Origin: Candidatus Edwardsbacteria bacterium
GTDB lineage: Bacteria > Edwardsbacteria > AC1 > EtOH8
Reading direction: 5' to 3'
DNA: 64,000 nt
Assembly: GCA_020053305.1 (NCBI GenBank)
Contig: JAGVNJ010000018.1
Coordinates: 1,910 to 65,909, forward strand
The translations under genes were made by a program, and so were the position numbers. A model generated the notes under the pieces. It did not search any database. It was given only the letters and a program-made list of their open reading frames with translations, and was not told the DNA's origin. Of this stretch, positions 1 through 10,783 are shown one piece after another (the stretch's first letter is position 1; each line of letters opens with the position of its first letter).

Positions 1-1
1 C

Positions 2-592
2 CTGACCCGTTTTGATTTTAAGTGGGAAGGCCCGGCAGGGCCGCTGGCCGACGGGCGGGGGACGGCCCCGGGCTTCTCGGCCGGGATGTGGGCCGACCTG
101 GGACAGGATTTCTTCTTCTCGTCCGGATTCAGGAGCAAGACCGAAATGTCCTGCCAGACGATATTCTATGGGGACTCTATAAGGGATCAACTGAAGCTGG
201 CCGGGACCGTTCCTCCAGCCAGCTGGCTGAGCATCGCCTACACCCCGGAGCCGGGTTTTGAGGCCCAGGCCGGAATGGAACTGAACGGATGGCACCTGGT
301 GTCGTCGGGATACCTGGAGCAGATGGATTATCACCTGGGCTGCCGGATCGAATTGATTCCGGGGCGGCTGGATGCCCTGGCCGGAAGCTACAGCCTGCGG
401 CACCCGCTGGATCCTTTCCTGCGGCGCTACGATCCCCACCTGCAGGACCTGTATTTTATCAGCGGCGGGCTGGCCTGCCGCTACGGCCCCTTAAGGCTGG
501 TCTGTTCGGGGGCCACCAGCCAGCCGCTTTCCGGGAAGGGGCTGAATCAAAACATATTATCGGTTAGTATTGAATATCAGGCTCAGCCATGA
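2..592 (+). CDS. 5'-truncated hypothetical protein. The ORF is open to the window edge and the listed 86..592 segment is only its internal Met.
   Basis: The frame has no stop from nt 2 and the codon usage is GC-rich. There are no recognisable motifs. Confidence 0.35.
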   Translation: MTRFDFKWEGPAGPLADGRGTAPGFSAGMWADLGQDFFFSSGFRSKTEMSCQTIFYGDSIRDQLKLAGTVPPASWLSIAYTPEPGFEAQAGMELNGWHLVSSGYLEQMDYHLGCRIELIPGRLDALAGSYSLRHPLDPFLRRYDPHLQDLYFISGGLACRYGPLRLVCSGATSQPLSGKGLNQNILSVSIEYQAQP

Positions 593-615
593 TATAAATG
601 ATTAGGAGGATCGCC

Positions 616-2016
616 ATGAATAACCGGATAAGATTTGATTACAATAACCTGATGACCGACCGGCTGGGGGCTTACGGCCTCAGCCCGGCCGAACTGGAGG
701 GGGCCGGGAAGCTTGCAGCCCAAGCCAGCCAATGGTTCTACGCCAAACATGGGGCCGGGAAGATGGATTTCTTCGACCTGCCGGACACCGACCAGCATTT
801 AAAAGCCAGCCTGAAGCTGGCGGCAAAGTGTAAGGGGAAGTACCACGACCTGGTGGTGCTGGGGATCGGGGGCTCGGCCCTGGGAACCATCGCCATCCAC
901 TCGGCCCTCAATCCCGCCAGCTACAACCTGGATAAAAAGATTCGCCAGGGGCGGCCCCGGCTGTGGGTGCTGGACAACGTGGACCCGGAAAAGCTGCAGG
1001 CGGTGCTGTCCCTGCTCAAAGCCAAGAGGACCCTGGTCAACCTGATCAGTAAATCCGGCACCACCGCCGAGACCAGCGCCCAATTCCTGTGGATCAGGCA
1101 GTGGCTGATCAAAGGCACCGGTAGGGACTGGTCAAAAAACATGGTGGTCACCACCGACCCGGCCGGAGGGATCATGCGGCAGATCGTGAGCCGGGAGAAG
1201 CTGGCCAGCCTGGAGGTGCCCTCCGGGGTGGGCGGGCGGTTCTCGGTGCTGACCCCGGTGGGCCTGTTCCCCCTGGCCGCGGCCGGGGTGGACATAAAAT
1301 CCCTGCTGGATGGCGCCAACCAGATGCGGAAGACGACCCTGAATGAGAACCCCTGGAGGAACCCGGCCCGGCTCTACGCCCTAAGCCAATACCTGCTTTA
1401 CCAAAAGGGCTGCCGGATCAACGTGATGATGCCCTATTCCGACAGCCTGTACCTGATGGCCGACTGGTTCCGGCAGCTGTGGGCCGAGAGCCTGGGCAAG
1501 AGGGTGGACAATCAGAATCAGACGGTGGAGACCGGACCCACCCCCATCAAGGCCCTGGGGGCCACCGACCAGCACTCCCAGCTACAGCTGTATATCGAAG
1601 GCCCCCGGGACAAGGCGATCACCTTTCTGATGGTGGAGAAATTCCGCAACGATATAATCATACCCCGGGCCTATCCCAAGATCGCTGATATATCCTACCT
1701 GGGCGGCAAAACCTTCGGACAGTTGTTAACTGCCGAGGCCCGGGCCACCGCCATGGCCCTGGCCAAGAACGGCCGACCCAACTGCAGTTTCATCATTCCG
1801 GAGATAAGCCCCCGGACAGTGGGCCAGCTGGTATTCCTGCTGGAGACCGCCACCGCCTACGCCGGCGGGCTGTTCGATATCAACCCCATGGACCAGCCGG
1901 GGGTGGAGGAGGGCAAACGCTACACCTACGGCCTGATGGGCCGGGCGGGGTTCGAGAACCGCAAGGCCGAGGTGGAGAAGTTCGAGGCGAGGAATTCAAA
2001 AAAATATATTGTTTGA
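616..2016 (+). CDS. pgi: Glucose-6-phosphate isomerase
   Basis: PGI signatures GIGGSALG and SKSGTTAET are present. AGGAGG at 604-609 precedes the ATG at 616. The track ORF starts earlier at 598. Confidence 0.85.
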   Translation: MNNRIRFDYNNLMTDRLGAYGLSPAELEGAGKLAAQASQWFYAKHGAGKMDFFDLPDTDQHLKASLKLAAKCKGKYHDLVVLGIGGSALGTIAIHSALNPASYNLDKKIRQGRPRLWVLDNVDPEKLQAVLSLLKAKRTLVNLISKSGTTAETSAQFLWIRQWLIKGTGRDWSKNMVVTTDPAGGIMRQIVSREKLASLEVPSGVGGRFSVLTPVGLFPLAAAGVDIKSLLDGANQMRKTTLNENPWRNPARLYALSQYLLYQKGCRINVMMPYSDSLYLMADWFRQLWAESLGKRVDNQNQTVETGPTPIKALGATDQHSQLQLYIEGPRDKAITFLMVEKFRNDIIIPRAYPKIADISYLGGKTFGQLLTAEARATAMALAKNGRPNCSFIIPEISPRTVGQLVFLLETATAYAGGLFDINPMDQPGVEEGKRYTYGLMGRAGFENRKAEVEKFEARNSKKYIV

Positions 2017-2107
2017 CAAATATTTTGTGAATCCAGAATAGGGAATATGGAATTTAGAACAGGGTTGTCAAACCTCAGCAATTACTGCCAGACAGGGAAG
2101 ATTTACA

Positions 2108-3616
2108 GTGAAGCAATCAAATAAAAACACCCTCAGATCAACCATTGTAATAATTTCAGGATTGGCCTTGCTGGCCGGTTGCGCTCACCGGGGCCGGCCG
2201 GAAGCTTTTGTTCAACAGACCGCTGTTGCCGCCGCCGACAGTTTTAATCTGCGGCGGGAGTCGCTGCAGCAGGCCATTGATTCCATCCTGTCCGATACCC
2301 TGCTGTTCCAGTCCAACCGGGCGGTGTACATCATCTCCCTGGACCCGGAGCGGGAGATCTATTCCCTGAACCGTTCCAGCCTGATGATACCGGCCTCGGT
2401 CAACAAGCTGTTCGTCAGCGCCGCGGCCCTCCGCCAACTGGGCGTCAACTACAGCTTCCGCACCGCGGTCTACGGCGACAGCATCGAAAACCCGGGAAGG
2501 ATAAAAGGGGATCTGTACCTGAAGGGCTTCGGCGACCCGGAGCTGAAGACCGCCGACCTGGAGGCCCTGGCTTTCCGTCTGAGGGCCATGGGGCTGAAAC
2601 AGGTGTCCGGGGATCTTGTCGCCGATGCCGGCTATTTTGATACCACCAGCTTCGGCTACGGCTGGATGTGGGACGAGGGCCCCTACGCCTACAATGCCCC
2701 GATATCGGCCCTGTCGCTTAACCGCAACACCTTTGAGATAGGGCTGCGTCCCGGGGCCAAGCCGGGCCGCAGGCCGCAGGCCGAGCTCAATCCCCGAGCA
2801 GCCTATCTATCCATTGAAAACAAAGCGACCACCATAAAGCCCGGGAACAAAGCCCGAATCAAGGCCGACCGCTCTTTCGCCGGGGACGGCGACCTGGTCA
2901 GCATCACCGGGACCATGACGGCCGATGAGGGCGTCAACTACCTGGTCCGGACGGTTACCAATCCCGCGCTGTATTGCGGCACGGTCTTTCGGGAAGCGCT
3001 GGCCGCCAACGGCATCAAGATACTGGGGACGGTCAAAAGCGGGATGGTACCATCCGATAAGCCGGAATTGATCCGGCATGCTTCGCCTCCGCTGTACCAG
3101 ATAATCCGCGGCATGAACAAGGAGAGCGATAATTTTACCGCCGAGATGATCTTCCGCCAGCTGGGCAGCGGACAGGATTCCCTTTCGTCCGATCCGGCAA
3201 AAAACAGCAAGTTGACGGAGATGCTTAAAAATATGGGCTTTGGCGAGGAAAGCTTCCGGATTGCCGACGGCTCCGGCCTGTCGCGCTATAACCTGTGCTC
3301 GGCCGAACAGCTGGTCAAGGTGCTTTCGGAAACCTACCGCGACCCGGCCCTCCGGCCGGAGCTGCTGGCCTCGCTGCCCATCGCCGGCGCCGACGGCACT
3401 TTGGCCCGGCGGCTGATGGGGGAAGAGTATAAGGGGATCATCCGGGCCAAGACCGGGACCCTGACCGGAGTCTCCTCGCTGGCCGGGTTTGTGTCCGGCC
3501 CCGATAACAAAACCTACTGTTTCGCCATCATGTTCAATAATTACACCGCCAAGGCCAACCAGGTCCGGGCCATTCAGGATTCCATCGTGGCCCGGCTGGC
3601 CAGGGCGGCGCCCTGA
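2108..3616 (+). CDS. dacB: D-alanyl-D-alanine carboxypeptidase/endopeptidase, PBP4 (S13) family
   Basis: SxxK (PASVNKL), SDN (KESDNF) and KTG (RAKTGTL) motifs are present. There is an N-terminal signal/lipobox-like segment (LLAGC) and a GTG start. Confidence 0.8.
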   Translation: MKQSNKNTLRSTIVIISGLALLAGCAHRGRPEAFVQQTAVAAADSFNLRRESLQQAIDSILSDTLLFQSNRAVYIISLDPEREIYSLNRSSLMIPASVNKLFVSAAALRQLGVNYSFRTAVYGDSIENPGRIKGDLYLKGFGDPELKTADLEALAFRLRAMGLKQVSGDLVADAGYFDTTSFGYGWMWDEGPYAYNAPISALSLNRNTFEIGLRPGAKPGRRPQAELNPRAAYLSIENKATTIKPGNKARIKADRSFAGDGDLVSITGTMTADEGVNYLVRTVTNPALYCGTVFREALAANGIKILGTVKSGMVPSDKPELIRHASPPLYQIIRGMNKESDNFTAEMIFRQLGSGQDSLSSDPAKNSKLTEMLKNMGFGEESFRIADGSGLSRYNLCSAEQLVKVLSETYRDPALRPELLASLPIAGADGTLARRLMGEEYKGIIRAKTGTLTGVSSLAGFVSGPDNKTYCFAIMFNNYTAKANQVRAIQDSIVARLARAAP

Positions 3617-3704
3617 CTTTTTAATGCAGTTTATTTTCTTGAACCCAGATTCAAAGCTAATGATGTCCAAAATAAACCGGAAAATGTAAAATAATAATCA
3701 GGAG

Positions 3705-5168
3705 ATGACCATGAAAAGAATCATCATTTGGGTTTTCATGATGTTGCATTTTTCAGTGTATCCCATTTGGGCATTGGAAGGGGTCGGTCCCGCAGTACTG
3801 GTAAGCGGACAGGCCGGAAATAACATCAACCCGGCCATATCGCATTTCAATGCGTGGCTGGATGTCGAGCCGGTATTCATGACCGTTTGGCAGAACGATT
3901 CAGCCGGCAATCAGGATATTTACGCCAAATGGGGCTACTTATGGACCGATCCCTGGTTATCGGATAAAATAATTCCGGTAACGGTCCATTCCGATTCCGA
4001 CATCTGCCCCAAAGTGGACAGAGATACCTGGCAGGATCGTTATTATTGCGTTTGGCAAAGCGATCGCACCGGCGAGTGGCAGATATTTGTTTCCAAGGGG
4101 GACACATTGTCGTGGTCCGATGCGGTACAAATATCCACAGGAATAAATTGCGGCCATCCAGCACTGGACTGCTCCTATAATACGGCTAGCAACGATACCG
4201 CTGTCTATTTTGCATGGCAGCAGGATTCCGCGGGATATTCCAACATCTATTGCCGCCGGTTTTCCATCCCTGATTCTTCCTGGGGGCCGGTCGAAGCCAT
4301 TACTTCAGACACCTTTGAGAATAGCCAGCCCACTATCCAGGCAAAGAGCGGCGGAGACTTTGTAATAATCTGGCAAAAATTATCCGGCGATTCCTCGGAC
4401 CTCTGGCAGAGGGAAAAAACCGCCGGGTCCTGGCAGTCTCCCCAGCGGATAACTTTTGACGGTCGTAGCAGCAACCCGTATTATTTTTATTATGACTTCG
4501 GTGGTTGTCTTGGCTGGCAAAGCGACAGTTCTGGGAATAGTGAGATATATTCCATTGATTATAATTATACAAAATTTCAAATTACCGATAATTCAAGCAT
4601 CGACCGTAATCCGGCAAACCAATTCGTTCATCTAGTATGGGAAGGAAATCAGGCCGGCAATTTTGACATTTTCTATACCAATTTCTATCTTTCTGAACCT
4701 TGCCTGGCTTTTTTGGACAGCAATCCATCAATCGATATAAATCCGGCGCTCATGATCTATTTCTGCCCGGAATCCGAGCCGGGCGCCTGCCTTTGGCAGA
4801 GCGACCGCAATGGCAAGTGGGACATCTACGGCGTCAGCGGGTTCTTTGGCCCCGGCGGAGTGGCGGGAAAAAAAGACAAGGAAAACATTGGGAAAATATT
4901 TCTGAGTCAGAACGCCCCCAATCCGGCTTCGGGAAAAACATCGATAGATTATCAAATAGCCCAGACCGGGCAGGTAGAAATAAAAATGTTTAATGGCTTG
5001 GGGCAATTGGTAAAAATTCTGGTTGATAAACAACAAATGCCGGGGAAATACAGTATTGTTTGGAATGGGCAGAATTTGGCCGGAAATAAAGTCCCGTCGG
5101 GCATTTACTTCTATCGCCTGGAGGTCGGCGGAAAAAGCACTGCCAAAAAAATGATTTATCTCCGGTAG
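3705..5168 (+). CDS. Secreted PD40/TolB-like beta-propeller repeat protein with a T9SS C-terminal sorting domain
   Basis: It has a signal peptide. It has repeated W-Q-x-D-x-x-G-x-x-(I/E)-I-(Y/F) units (WQSDRTGEWQIF, WQQDSAGYSNIY, WQSDSSGNSEIY, WQSDRNGKWDIY). The C-terminus (KTSIDYQIAQTGQVEIKMFNGLGQLV...GIYFYRLEV) is a typical Por_Secre_tail. Confidence 0.7.
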   Translation: MTMKRIIIWVFMMLHFSVYPIWALEGVGPAVLVSGQAGNNINPAISHFNAWLDVEPVFMTVWQNDSAGNQDIYAKWGYLWTDPWLSDKIIPVTVHSDSDICPKVDRDTWQDRYYCVWQSDRTGEWQIFVSKGDTLSWSDAVQISTGINCGHPALDCSYNTASNDTAVYFAWQQDSAGYSNIYCRRFSIPDSSWGPVEAITSDTFENSQPTIQAKSGGDFVIIWQKLSGDSSDLWQREKTAGSWQSPQRITFDGRSSNPYYFYYDFGGCLGWQSDSSGNSEIYSIDYNYTKFQITDNSSIDRNPANQFVHLVWEGNQAGNFDIFYTNFYLSEPCLAFLDSNPSIDINPALMIYFCPESEPGACLWQSDRNGKWDIYGVSGFFGPGGVAGKKDKENIGKIFLSQNAPNPASGKTSIDYQIAQTGQVEIKMFNGLGQLVKILVDKQQMPGKYSIVWNGQNLAGNKVPSGIYFYRLEVGGKSTAKKMIYLR

Positions 5169-5246
5169 TTTCTCTCCATAGAAGCCCGGCTGATAAGGAC
5201 CGTGCCCTGACAATTAAACCTGGGCAATGAATCGAAAGGGGGCATC

Positions 5247-6641
5247 ATGGACTGCAATAAAAAATACCGCGCCTTCAGCATGATATTATACGGCCTGATC
5301 GGGACGGCGGTTTTCTGGATCGCGGACACCCTCATCGACACCTACCTGTTCCGGGAGGGCAGCCTGGTTCAGCAGGTACTGCACCCCGAACCGATGGAGA
5401 TATATTTCCGGGGAGCCATCGGAGCGCTGTTCGTCATATTCGGGATACTGGGCCAGCGGCTTTTGAACCAGCGGAGGAAGGCCGAATGCCTGCTGGAGCA
5501 GACCAACCGGGAGCTGGAGGAAAAAATATCGCAGCGGACCGCCCAGCTGGAGGAGGTCAATCAAAAACTCAAGGACGAACTGGAGGACCGGAGCCGGAAC
5601 GACGAGAGGATCAACTATCTGAGCTTTCACGACAAGCTGACCGGGCTGTACAACCGGGCCTACTTCGAGGAGGAGCTGAGCCGGTTGGACAACGAAAGGT
5701 TTTTTCCCATCAGCCTGATAGTCGGGGACGTCAACGGGCTGAAGCTGATCAACGACGCCTTCGGGCACCACCAGGGGGACAAGTTCCTGATCCGGACCGC
5801 CGAGATCATCAAAAAGCAGTGCCGCAGGAGCGACCTGGTGGCCCGCTGGGGCGGCGACGAGTTCGCGGTGCTGCTGCCCAAAACCGGGGCCGAGACCGCC
5901 ATCCGGATCTGCGAGAAGATACGTCAGGGCTGCAGCCGCAGCCCCAAAAAACCCATCCAGCTGAGCGTGGCCCTGGGCACCGCCACCAAGCAGGACAAGA
6001 ACCAGGACATCGACCGGGTGCTCAAAAAGGCCGAGGACTGGATGTACCAGTACAAGATGATGGAGGGCAAGACCGTCCGGAGCCGGATACTGAGTTCTTT
6101 AGAGAAAACGTTGTGGGAGTCGGCCTACGAGACCGAGGAACATACCAAGCATCTGCAGAAATATCTTCTGAAAATGGCCCTGGAGCTGAAACTGCAGGAT
6201 TCCGAGATAGACGATCTGATGCTGCTGGCCTCGTTTCATGATGTGGGAAAGATCGCCATATCCAATGCCATCCTTTCCAAGCCCGGCCAGCTGAACCCCA
6301 AGGAGTGGGAGGCGGTCAAGAAGCATTCCGATATCGGCTACCGGATCGCCCTGGCCACCCCGGAGATATCGGCGGTGGCCGACCAGATCCTGCATCATCA
6401 CGAATGGTGGGACGGCACCGGATATCCCCGGGGGCTCAAGGGCGAGAAGATCCCGCTGGCCTCGCGGCTGCTGAGCATCGCCGACGCCTACGATGTCAAG
6501 CGGAACATCCGCCCCTATAAAACGGCCAAGACCAGGACCCAGGCCCTCAAGGAGATCAGGGAGGCCTCCGGTAAACAGTTCGATCCCCGGCTGATAAAAT
6601 TATTTCTCAAGCTGGAATCGGCCGAAAAAGGAAAGGGCTGA
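5247..6641 (+). CDS. Membrane-anchored GGDEF diguanylate cyclase fused to an HD-GYP phosphodiesterase domain
   Basis: There are two N-terminal TM helices and a coiled coil. RWGGDEFAVLLP is a canonical GGDEF. HD (FHDVGK) and GYP (DGTGYPRGL) motifs are present. Confidence 0.85.
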   Translation: MDCNKKYRAFSMILYGLIGTAVFWIADTLIDTYLFREGSLVQQVLHPEPMEIYFRGAIGALFVIFGILGQRLLNQRRKAECLLEQTNRELEEKISQRTAQLEEVNQKLKDELEDRSRNDERINYLSFHDKLTGLYNRAYFEEELSRLDNERFFPISLIVGDVNGLKLINDAFGHHQGDKFLIRTAEIIKKQCRRSDLVARWGGDEFAVLLPKTGAETAIRICEKIRQGCSRSPKKPIQLSVALGTATKQDKNQDIDRVLKKAEDWMYQYKMMEGKTVRSRILSSLEKTLWESAYETEEHTKHLQKYLLKMALELKLQDSEIDDLMLLASFHDVGKIAISNAILSKPGQLNPKEWEAVKKHSDIGYRIALATPEISAVADQILHHHEWWDGTGYPRGLKGEKIPLASRLLSIADAYDVKRNIRPYKTAKTRTQALKEIREASGKQFDPRLIKLFLKLESAEKGKG

Positions 6642-6656
6642 GGCCGGTCCCGGCCA

Positions 6657-9600
6657 ATGGTCCCGGTATTAGGGAACAGTCCGGAGATGCCCCGGGTAAA
6701 CTTTTTTAAAATGGCGGAGCGCGTTATGGAAAGATTGAAAGATAAGATCAGATCGGCCCGGCAGCCGCTGTTGATATTCTTCCTGCTGTCGCTGAGCATC
6801 GTGGCGGTCGGCTGGCTGTACTCGTTTTACCACCTCCGGGAGCACCGGAAGGAGATAACCCGGGACCTGGAGTCGGTGGCCAGCCTTAAGGAGAACCAGA
6901 TCGACAGCTGGCTGGCCGAAAGGATGTCCGATGCCCAGAACATAATAGACAACCCCTACATAGGCGAAAGGGTGGGGCAGCTTTTCCGGGAGCCCTACTC
7001 CGAAAACATCGGGTTGGACCGGCTCAAATGGATGCGCTCCCTGCAGAATCTTAAGCAGTACCAGAACGTTCTGCTGCTGGACATAAAGGGGCGGATCAGG
7101 ATGCAGACCGGAAAAACGGTGCATAAGATAGGTCCGGAAACCGGCACCCTGGCCGGAAAAACGGTGATCACTGGGCAGGCCAGTTTCAGCGATTTCTATT
7201 ACTGCACCGAGTGCCAGACGGTGCATCTGGATGTTTTGGCCCCGGTGATCCATTACAACCGCCAACGGGATTCGGTGGTCGGGGTGATCATCCTGCGGAT
7301 CGAGCCCGAGAATCTGCTATACCCTCTCATTCAGCAGTGGCCGGTGCCCAGTAAAAGCGCCGAGACCTATCTGGTCAGAAGGGACAACGGGGAAGTGCTG
7401 TACCTTACCGAGCTGAGGTTCCAGAAAGGCTCAGCCGCCAAATTAAGGCATCCCCTAAGCCGTAAAGAGCTTCCCGAGGTGATGGCCATCAACGGCAGCA
7501 CCGGCAATGTTACGGCGGTGGATTACCGCGGCAAAAAAGTGTACGCCTATCTTCACAATATGCCGGCCAATCCCTGGTATATCATCGCCAAGACCGACCG
7601 GCGGGAGGCTGAGGCCATTGCCTGGTTCATCGGATTCATCGTGATAGTATTGATCATCGCCGCCGGTGGGGTAATAGGGTCCCTGTGGAACCGCCAGCAA
7701 AAGAGTTATTTCCGCAATCAACTGGAACAGGAACGGGAGAGGCAGGCCCTGTCCAAACATTATGAATATCTTACCAAGTATGCCAACGACATCATCCTGC
7801 TGTTGGACGAGGACCTGAACATCCTGGAGGCCAATGACAAGGCGGTCGCGGCCTATGGCTATTCCCGGGAAAAGATACTGACCCTGGATATTTACCGCCT
7901 GAGAAAATCGGACTCCCGGTCCTCGGTGGACGACCAGTACCGCAAGGTGGTGGACGATAACGGCCTGCTTTTCGAGGCCATTCACAAGCGCAGCGACGGC
8001 TCCACCTTTCCGGTGGAGGTCAGCGCCCGGATGATGGAGGTGGAGGGCCAGAAATATTTTCAGATTATAATCCGGGACATCTCCGAACGGAAGCGCGACC
8101 AGGAAATCCTGCAATCACAGAAGGAGGAGTTGGAGGCCGCCAACGAAGAACTGATGGTGACCAACCAAAAACTACTGTCCTCCGAGCAGGAATTGATCCA
8201 GGCCGACGAAGAACTCCGGTCCCAGCTGGCCGAAGTGCAGGAGAGCCGGGATGCCCTGGAGAGGAGCCAGACCTCGCTGAAGCGGATGGAGGAGATGTTC
8301 GACCAGTTCCTGAAATACAGCCCGGTCTACGTGTTCTTCAAGGACGAGAATATCCGGCCGCTCAAGTTGAGCCGCAACTACGAGCAGATGCTGGGCCGGC
8401 CTCTGCAGGAGCTGCTGGGCAGGAACATGGACGAGCTGTTCCCCTCGGACCTGGCCAAGGGCATGGTGGAGGACGACAAAAAGATCCTGCGGGAGGGCAA
8501 GGTGATCGAGGTGGATGAGGAGTTCAACGGCCGGCATTATCGGACCATCAAATTTCCCATCCTGCAGGAGGGCCGGCCCAAAATGCTGGCCGGATTCACC
8601 ATGGACGTCACCGAACAAAAACGTTCGGAGGAAGCCCTCCGGAAAAGCGAGGAGCGTTTCAAAAAGCTGATCGACACAGCCTACGACGCCATTTTTATTG
8701 CCGATGCCGAAACGGGAATGATCATAGACGCCAATGCTCAGGCTGGCGTGCTGTTGGGCATGCCGGTGGAGCAAATAAAGGGTATGCACCAGTCACAACT
8801 CCACCCCTCCGAACTTGCCGAACATTACCGGGAGGTTTTTCGCAGACATCTGGAAAGCGGCCGGGCCATCACCGAAAATCTATATGTTTGCCGCAAGGAC
8901 GGCGCCAGGATCCCGGTCGATATAAGCGCCAGCGTCATCGAACTTGAGGGTCGCAGGGTGAATCAAGGCGTCTTTAGGGATATCACCCAGCGAAAGCGTT
9001 CGGAGGAGGCTCACCGGAAAAGCGAGGAGCGCTTTAGACAGGTGGCCGAAAGCGCCGGAGAGTGGATATGGGAGGTCAACATGGAGGGATTGTATACCTA
9101 TTCCAGCCCGGCGGTGGAGAAGATTTTGGGATACAGCGCTCAGGAGATAGTGGGGCAAAAACATTTCTTCGATTTATTCGCTCCGGAGATAAGGGAGGAG
9201 TATAAAAAGATCGCCTTTGAGGTCTTTGCCAAAAAGGAATCCTTCAAAGGATTCATAAATATCAATATAAACAAGAACGGCGAAAAGGTCTTATTGGAGA
9301 CCAGCGGTCTGCCTGTTTTTGGCAATGACGGGGCGCTCAATGGGTACTGCGGAGCCGATACTAATGTCACCGAGCGGGAAAAGGCGGAGGAGCAGATAAA
9401 GGCCTCCCTCAAGGAGAAGGAGGTCCTGCTGCGGGAGATACACCACCGGGTGAAGAACAACCTGCAGGTGATATCCAGCCTGCTGAACCTGCAATCCGGA
9501 TACATAACCGACCAGCGGGCGCTGGAGCTTTTCAAGGAGTGCCAGACCCGGGTGCGTTCCATGTCCCTGATCCATGAAAGGCTTTATCAGTCGGAGGCCC

Positions 9601-10031
9601 TCTCCCGCTTAAGCTTCTCCGGCTATGCCCAGGCCCTGATCGAGGACCTGTTCCACAGCTACGGCGCTGACCGGGGAATGGTATCCTATTCCTTGGATAT
9701 AATTAATCAGCCGATGAAGATAGACACTGCCATCCCCTGCGGGTTGATCGTCAACGAACTGGTCTCCAACAGCCTGAAATACGCCTTTCCCGGTTATCAC
9801 AAGATAGGACGGCCGGGCCTGATCAAAATCAGCCTGGTCCGGGAGGGAGACGGGAGCCTGGCTTTGAGCGTAAGCGACAACGGGATCGGAATGCCCCAAG
9901 GTTTCAATATCAATAAGGTGGAATCGCTGGGGCTGCAGTTGGTGACCACCCTGGTCGAACAGCTGGACGGACGGCTGGAGGTAAAAAACAAAGACGGGGC
10001 CTGCCTCAGAATTATTTTTAGGGCCCAATAG
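6657..10031 (+). CDS. Multi-PAS sensor histidine kinase, HisKA_2/HWE-type
   Basis: It has an N-terminal TM, a periplasmic region, a second TM, coiled coils and several PAS/PAC segments. The H-box EIHHRVKNNLQVISSLLNLQ and a C-terminal HATPase (DNGIGMP...GLGLQLV) are present. The true start may be the ATG at 6711 or 6726. Confidence 0.8.
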   Translation: MVPVLGNSPEMPRVNFFKMAERVMERLKDKIRSARQPLLIFFLLSLSIVAVGWLYSFYHLREHRKEITRDLESVASLKENQIDSWLAERMSDAQNIIDNPYIGERVGQLFREPYSENIGLDRLKWMRSLQNLKQYQNVLLLDIKGRIRMQTGKTVHKIGPETGTLAGKTVITGQASFSDFYYCTECQTVHLDVLAPVIHYNRQRDSVVGVIILRIEPENLLYPLIQQWPVPSKSAETYLVRRDNGEVLYLTELRFQKGSAAKLRHPLSRKELPEVMAINGSTGNVTAVDYRGKKVYAYLHNMPANPWYIIAKTDRREAEAIAWFIGFIVIVLIIAAGGVIGSLWNRQQKSYFRNQLEQERERQALSKHYEYLTKYANDIILLLDEDLNILEANDKAVAAYGYSREKILTLDIYRLRKSDSRSSVDDQYRKVVDDNGLLFEAIHKRSDGSTFPVEVSARMMEVEGQKYFQIIIRDISERKRDQEILQSQKEELEAANEELMVTNQKLLSSEQELIQADEELRSQLAEVQESRDALERSQTSLKRMEEMFDQFLKYSPVYVFFKDENIRPLKLSRNYEQMLGRPLQELLGRNMDELFPSDLAKGMVEDDKKILREGKVIEVDEEFNGRHYRTIKFPILQEGRPKMLAGFTMDVTEQKRSEEALRKSEERFKKLIDTAYDAIFIADAETGMIIDANAQAGVLLGMPVEQIKGMHQSQLHPSELAEHYREVFRRHLESGRAITENLYVCRKDGARIPVDISASVIELEGRRVNQGVFRDITQRKRSEEAHRKSEERFRQVAESAGEWIWEVNMEGLYTYSSPAVEKILGYSAQEIVGQKHFFDLFAPEIREEYKKIAFEVFAKKESFKGFINININKNGEKVLLETSGLPVFGNDGALNGYCGADTNVTEREKAEEQIKASLKEKEVLLREIHHRVKNNLQVISSLLNLQSGYITDQRALELFKECQTRVRSMSLIHERLYQSEALSRLSFSGYAQALIEDLFHSYGADRGMVSYSLDIINQPMKIDTAIPCGLIVNELVSNSLKYAFPGYHKIGRPGLIKISLVREGDGSLALSVSDNGIGMPQGFNINKVESLGLQLVTTLVEQLDGRLEVKNKDGACLRIIFRAQ

Positions 10032-10068
10032 CCATTACCGGGGGAGAGTTTGTTTGGTTAAAAAATGC

Positions 10069-10097
10069 TTAACTTTTAATCTAAAATCGGTTATAAT
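10069..10097 (+). promoter_or_regulatory. Candidate sigma70-like promoter for the receiver gene
   Basis: TTAACT (10069-10074), a 17-nt spacer, then TATAAT (10092-10097), about 30 nt before the ATG at 10129. Confidence 0.35.
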
Positions 10098-10128
10098 CAC
10101 GGTGTTTTAAGGGAAGGGGCGATAAGCA

Positions 10129-10521
10129 ATGGAAAACAAACCCGGAAGGGTTCATAAGATACTGGTGGCCGACGATGACAGCAATATGCTGTTCATGGTC
10201 TCCGAGATACTGGCCCGTCAGGGCTACGAGGTCTTTCAGGCGGTCAACGGCGACCAGGCGCTTAAGGACGCCGGATCCCTTCGGCCCGACCTGATGGTGC
10301 TGGATATAATGATGCCGGTGGTGGACGGGATCGAGGTCTGCCGCAGGATAAAGGCCGCCCCCGAGACCCGCGATATCAAGGTGATAATGCTTACCGCCAA
10401 GACCGGCGGCAAGGATCTGGAGGCCGGCATGGCCGCCGGGGCCGATCATTACATGACCAAGCCTTTCAAAATCGCCGAGCTGTCGGGAAAGATAGAAGAG
10501 CTGATAGGCACTAACAAATGA
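10129..10521 (+). CDS. Single-domain response regulator receiver (CheY-like)
   Basis: VADDD, LDIMMP..DG and a conserved Lys (MTKPF) are present. There is no output domain. Confidence 0.85.
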   Translation: MENKPGRVHKILVADDDSNMLFMVSEILARQGYEVFQAVNGDQALKDAGSLRPDLMVLDIMMPVVDGIEVCRRIKAAPETRDIKVIMLTAKTGGKDLEAGMAAGADHYMTKPFKIAELSGKIEELIGTNK

Positions 10522-10783
10522 AATTCTAGGCATACGGCAAGGGATATTTGACAGGATTTACAGGATGATCAAGGGTTTGCATAATAAGCAATTTAAAACC
10601 TAGATCCAATAAATCATGTTAATCGTCCGACGCCATAGCTTACCGCCCTGAATACCGGCTATGGCCGACGGCGTCCTGTCCAATTTGATTCCGGCCTGCC
10701 CGCCTCTGGCGGGCTTGCCCGGGTTAGGATAACAGGTTTATTTCGTTCATTAAATCCGCAATATATTTCTTGACAGGAGAAAA

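Noticed and set aside
10522-10783. Possible glycine riboswitch in the 260-nt leader of gcvT
   Set aside because: Neither the GGAGAG nor the ACCGAAGGGG aptamer core can be found on either strand. Only generic GC-rich palindromes are present.
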